Translations under genes and position numbers: made by a program
Notes under the pieces: model-generated
Told to the model about the DNA's origin: nothing
Databases searched by the model: none
Seen by the model: only the letters and a program-made list of their open reading frames with translations
Shown here: positions 61,027 through 64,000 of the stretch, piece by piece
Numbering within the stretch: the first letter of the stretch is position 1
Layout of the letters: every line of letters starts with the position of its first letter
From: Ignavibacteria bacterium
Lineage (GTDB): Bacteria > Bacteroidota > Ignavibacteria > UBA10030 > SZUA-254
Direction of reading: 5' to 3'
Assembly: GCA_016178625.1 (NCBI GenBank)
Contig: JACOSX010000129.1
Location: 3,898 to 67,897 of the forward strand
Length of the DNA: 64,000 nucleotides

Positions 61027-61764
61027 ATGGTTAAGGTCTTTATCGATTTTGATGGGACGATCACGCGTCGCGATGTCGGAGACACATTGTTCGAAAGATT
61101 TGGTGGCAAGCAGTCTGTTGATGCCGTCGAGAGCTATCGCCAAGGGATGATCTCCGCCGTGGAATGTTTCCTCCGTGAATGTGCTGCGTGTGGCGATGTG
61201 AGTACCGGCGCACTCAATAGTTTCTTGGATGAACAAGAGATTGATCCCACGTTCATTGATTTCATCCAATACTGTCGCGAGCGCGGGCTGGAACACTTCA
61301 TCGTGAGCGATGGGATGGATTATTATATCCGGTATATTCTCCATCGTCACGGGGTGGAGGTTCCATTGTTCTCGAACAGCTTAACCCTTATTCCGAAAGG
61401 TGACGGTTCGGTGGTTCAGTTTTATCCATCGTTCCCCTATACGGATGAAGTATGTGATCGATGTGCGTGCTGTAAGCGCAACCACATGTTAACACTCTGT
61501 GAGGAAGATGATATCATCGTCTACATCGGCGAGGGTTATTCAGACCGGTGTCCGGCGCGATTTGCCGACGTTGTCTTTGCGAAGGATGATCTCTTACGAT
61601 TCTGCCAGCAAGAAAATATTTCATTCTTTGAATACCAGACGTTTGCCGACATCCAGAAACGGCTGACGACCATGCTTAACCAGAATATCTCACAAAGCCG
61701 ACCCACTCTGAAGAAACGCCGACAGGCAGAACTCGCACGCCGTGATGTATTTTTGGGTGGTTGA
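61027..61764 (+). CDS. MtnX-like HAD-IB phosphatase
   Basis: FIDFDGTIT, IVSDG, CxxCxxCK, YIGEGYSD.CPA..AD.VFAK motifs. Confidence 0.85.
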   Translation: MVKVFIDFDGTITRRDVGDTLFERFGGKQSVDAVESYRQGMISAVECFLRECAACGDVSTGALNSFLDEQEIDPTFIDFIQYCRERGLEHFIVSDGMDYYIRYILHRHGVEVPLFSNSLTLIPKGDGSVVQFYPSFPYTDEVCDRCACCKRNHMLTLCEEDDIIVYIGEGYSDRCPARFADVVFAKDDLLRFCQQENISFFEYQTFADIQKRLTTMLNQNISQSRPTLKKRRQAELARRDVFLGG

Positions 61765-61774
61765 TAGGAGCTAC

Positions 61775-62350
61775 ATGGATTTCCGGCAACGGCTGTTTCA
61801 GTATCGTAGCTATACTCCGATCCCGTTTTTGTTGGTTATGATCATTGTTGCCCATCCGACCCCCCTGAGTCTTGTGACAGGATTGTTCATTGTAGCATTT
61901 GGTGAGTTTCTTCGCTTGTGGGGTGTTGCGATCGCCGGAAGCGAAACACGTACGACAGGACCGGTCGGCGGGACCTTCTTAATCACGAAGGGTCCATTTT
62001 CATTTGTCCGCAACCCCCTTTACGTCGGGAATATCCTGATGTATTTCGGTGTCGGGGTCATGTCTAATACTCCGGTCTTAGCGCTGGTCGCTCTTTTTTA
62101 TTTTCTCTTCCAATATTCAATGATCGTAAGCCTGGAAGAAGAATATCTCTTGAAGGCATTTGGTAATGAATATGTCAAGTACTGTCAATCCGTACCAAGA
62201 TTCATTCCAGTGTTTAAGCGATACAATGACGGGATTCACCCGCAACCGGAGTTGGATTGGACGCGTGGTCTGATATCTGAAAAACGAACACTGCAGGCAA
62301 TCGGACTACTGACCATCGCGCTCTTAATCCTTTGGCGTCTTAGGGGATAG
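61775..62350 (+). CDS. ICMT-family membrane methyltransferase (candidate lipid A phosphate methyltransferase)
   Basis: AGGAG SD and ATG 61775; GE.LRLW, LIT.GPFS.VRNPLY.GN and EEEYL...FG.EY..Y...VPRF motifs. Confidence 0.85.
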   Translation: MDFRQRLFQYRSYTPIPFLLVMIIVAHPTPLSLVTGLFIVAFGEFLRLWGVAIAGSETRTTGPVGGTFLITKGPFSFVRNPLYVGNILMYFGVGVMSNTPVLALVALFYFLFQYSMIVSLEEEYLLKAFGNEYVKYCQSVPRFIPVFKRYNDGIHPQPELDWTRGLISEKRTLQAIGLLTIALLILWRLRG

Positions 62351-62355
62351 ATCAC

Positions 62356-63474
62356 ATGCGAGTGATGATGATTGCGGGAGAAGCATCCGGCGATTTGCAC
62401 GGATCAGGAGTTGTGCGAGAGCTAAAACGCCGAGTGCCAGAGTGTGAGATCACGGGGATCGGCGGCGACAAGATGCAAGCGGCGGGCATGGATCTGGTTT
62501 ACCATATCCGCGAGCTTTCGGTGATGGGTTTCGTGGAAGTCATTCAACACCTCCCGCTACTAAAATCCGTCGAGCGAACCCTTGAAGCCTTATTGAAATA
62601 TCGCAAGCCTGATGTTCTTGTGCTGATTGATTACCCCGGATTCAATCTCCGATTTGCCCGGTCTGCTCGAAAGCATGGAATCAAGATCGTCTATTATATC
62701 AGCCCGCAAGTGTGGGCGTGGAATCCCGGTCGGCTGCGAAAGATGAAAGATGTGATCGATAAAATGCTGGTTGTGTTCCCATTCGAGGTTGACATCTACC
62801 GGCGTGAAGGGATCGCAGTTGAGTTTGTCGGGCATCCCTTGCTTGAAGTTCTCGGCGAACCACAAGGGCGCGCGGAGTTTTGTAAGCGATATGGTTTCGA
62901 CGAGAACAAACGCATCCTTGGATTGTTTCCGGGGAGCCGACGTCAGGAGTTAGAAAGCATATTTCCTGTAATGCTCGGCGCCGCGAGGATGCTGAAGAAT
63001 CGAAATGATGTTCAAGTTGCTGTCGGCGTTTCATCGGTGCTTGATTTTGATTTTGTGAAGTCGTTCGTTCGAGATGATCTCAGCGTACAGCTGATCCAAA
63101 GTGCGACCCATGACGTGATGAAGAATTCGGACGTAGCGCTCGTGACATCAGGAACAGCGACACTGGAAACTGGGTACTATCGGACGCCGATGGTGGTTGT
63201 GTACCGGACATCGGTGCTCTCGTACCTTGTCAGCAAACTTCTTATTCGCATTAAGAATATCGGACTGGTCAACATTGTTGCAGGTGAAACGGTTGTGCCG
63301 GAATTGGTGCAATCGAGCGCGACCCCCCAGAGACTTGCCAGCGAAGCTTTGAAGATGTTGGAAAGTGAACGCTTGAGAGAAGACATTGCGCGCAAACTCG
63401 GAGCAATACGAGAGAGAATGGGAACGCCGGGAGCTTCGAGGCGCGTGGCAGAAACGATTCTCTCATTCGCTTGA
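62356..63474 (+). CDS. lpxB: Lipid A disaccharide synthase
   Basis: AGEASGDLHG, IDYPGFN, YISPQVWAW, FVGHPL, PGSRRQE and SGTATLE motifs. Confidence 0.97.
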   Translation: MRVMMIAGEASGDLHGSGVVRELKRRVPECEITGIGGDKMQAAGMDLVYHIRELSVMGFVEVIQHLPLLKSVERTLEALLKYRKPDVLVLIDYPGFNLRFARSARKHGIKIVYYISPQVWAWNPGRLRKMKDVIDKMLVVFPFEVDIYRREGIAVEFVGHPLLEVLGEPQGRAEFCKRYGFDENKRILGLFPGSRRQELESIFPVMLGAARMLKNRNDVQVAVGVSSVLDFDFVKSFVRDDLSVQLIQSATHDVMKNSDVALVTSGTATLETGYYRTPMVVVYRTSVLSYLVSKLLIRIKNIGLVNIVAGETVVPELVQSSATPQRLASEALKMLESERLREDIARKLGAIRERMGTPGASRRVAETILSFA

Positions 63475-63493
63475 GGATCGCTCGTCGGATGAC

Positions 63494-64000
63494 ATGCGTA
63501 AAGCCCTGATCCCACTTTCATGGTTCTTTGCGTTGGTGGTCAGAATCAGAAACCTGGCGTATGATGTTGGGATCTTTCGCGTGCATCGAGTTGCTGTGCC
63601 TGTCGTTTCGGTCGGTAACTTGACAGCTGGCGGAACGGGAAAGACGCCGTTTGTTGAATTCATCGTGAGATCGTTACTTGCCAAAGGGATGAGAGTCGCG
63701 GTGTTGAGCCGTGGGTACAAGCGAAAGACGAGTGGAACGCAAATAGTTTCGGATGGGAACACGATATACGGAAATGCTGAGTCAATAGGTGATGAACCAT
63801 GCCAGATCGCAACGAAATTTCCCTCAGCCATTGTTATTGTCGATGAACACCGCGCGCGCGGTGCCGCGATCGCAGTCGAGCGCTATCGTCCCCATGTTAT
63901 CGTTCTGGATGATGGTTTTCAGCACCGAAGCCTTAAGAGGGATCTAGATATTGTTATGATTGATGGAAAAACGACATTAAGTAGGATCCCGATGATTCCC
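63494..64000 (+). CDS. lpxK: Tetraacyldisaccharide 4'-kinase, 3' end outside the window
   Basis: Not in the ORF track. Manual translation gives MRKALIPLSW...VVSVGNLTAGGTGKTP...LSRGY...GDEP...LDDGFQH. Confidence 0.95.
   Translation, partial: MRKALIPLSWFFALVVRIRNLAYDVGIFRVHRVAVPVVSVGNLTAGGTGKTPFVEFIVRSLLAKGMRVAVLSRGYKRKTSGTQIVSDGNTIYGNAESIGDEPCQIATKFPSAIVIVDEHRARGAAIAVERYRPHVIVLDDGFQHRSLKRDLDIVMIDGKTTLSRIPMIP

Overview
A mostly core-genome stretch of about 50% GC from a diderm bacterium, probably Ignavibacteria-like. That placement is inferred from a 'QNYPNPFNP' T9SS sorting domain, a fused E1 alpha/beta 2-oxoacid dehydrogenase, gatB, AGGAG Shine-Dalgarno sites and TTGxxx-17-TATATT promoters. 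It holds about 45 genes. Housekeeping: uvrB, gap, pgk, tpiA, ispG, folD, sucC, gatB, smc, lpxB, lpxK. Others include a peptide/proline scavenging operon (PRODH, two OPT transporters, PepD, an aminopeptidase), a kinase plus NagZ-serine hydrolase fusion, a 1424-aa T9SS substrate and two glycosidase homologues lacking catalytic residues. I saw no rRNA, tRNA or CRISPR. The unusual signal is intergenic. (1) Two four-helix-bundle genes (23S rRNA-IVS-protein family) sit inside an mRNA operon, each enclosed by inverted arrays of 7-bp repeats, and gene-less versions of such arrays occur in other spacers. Together they suggest an IVS-like element that targets mRNA. (2) A RAYT tyrosine transposase lies between two identical 36-bp palindromes, and several nested REP-like palindrome clusters are scattered through the window. 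All calls are by eye; no database searches were run.
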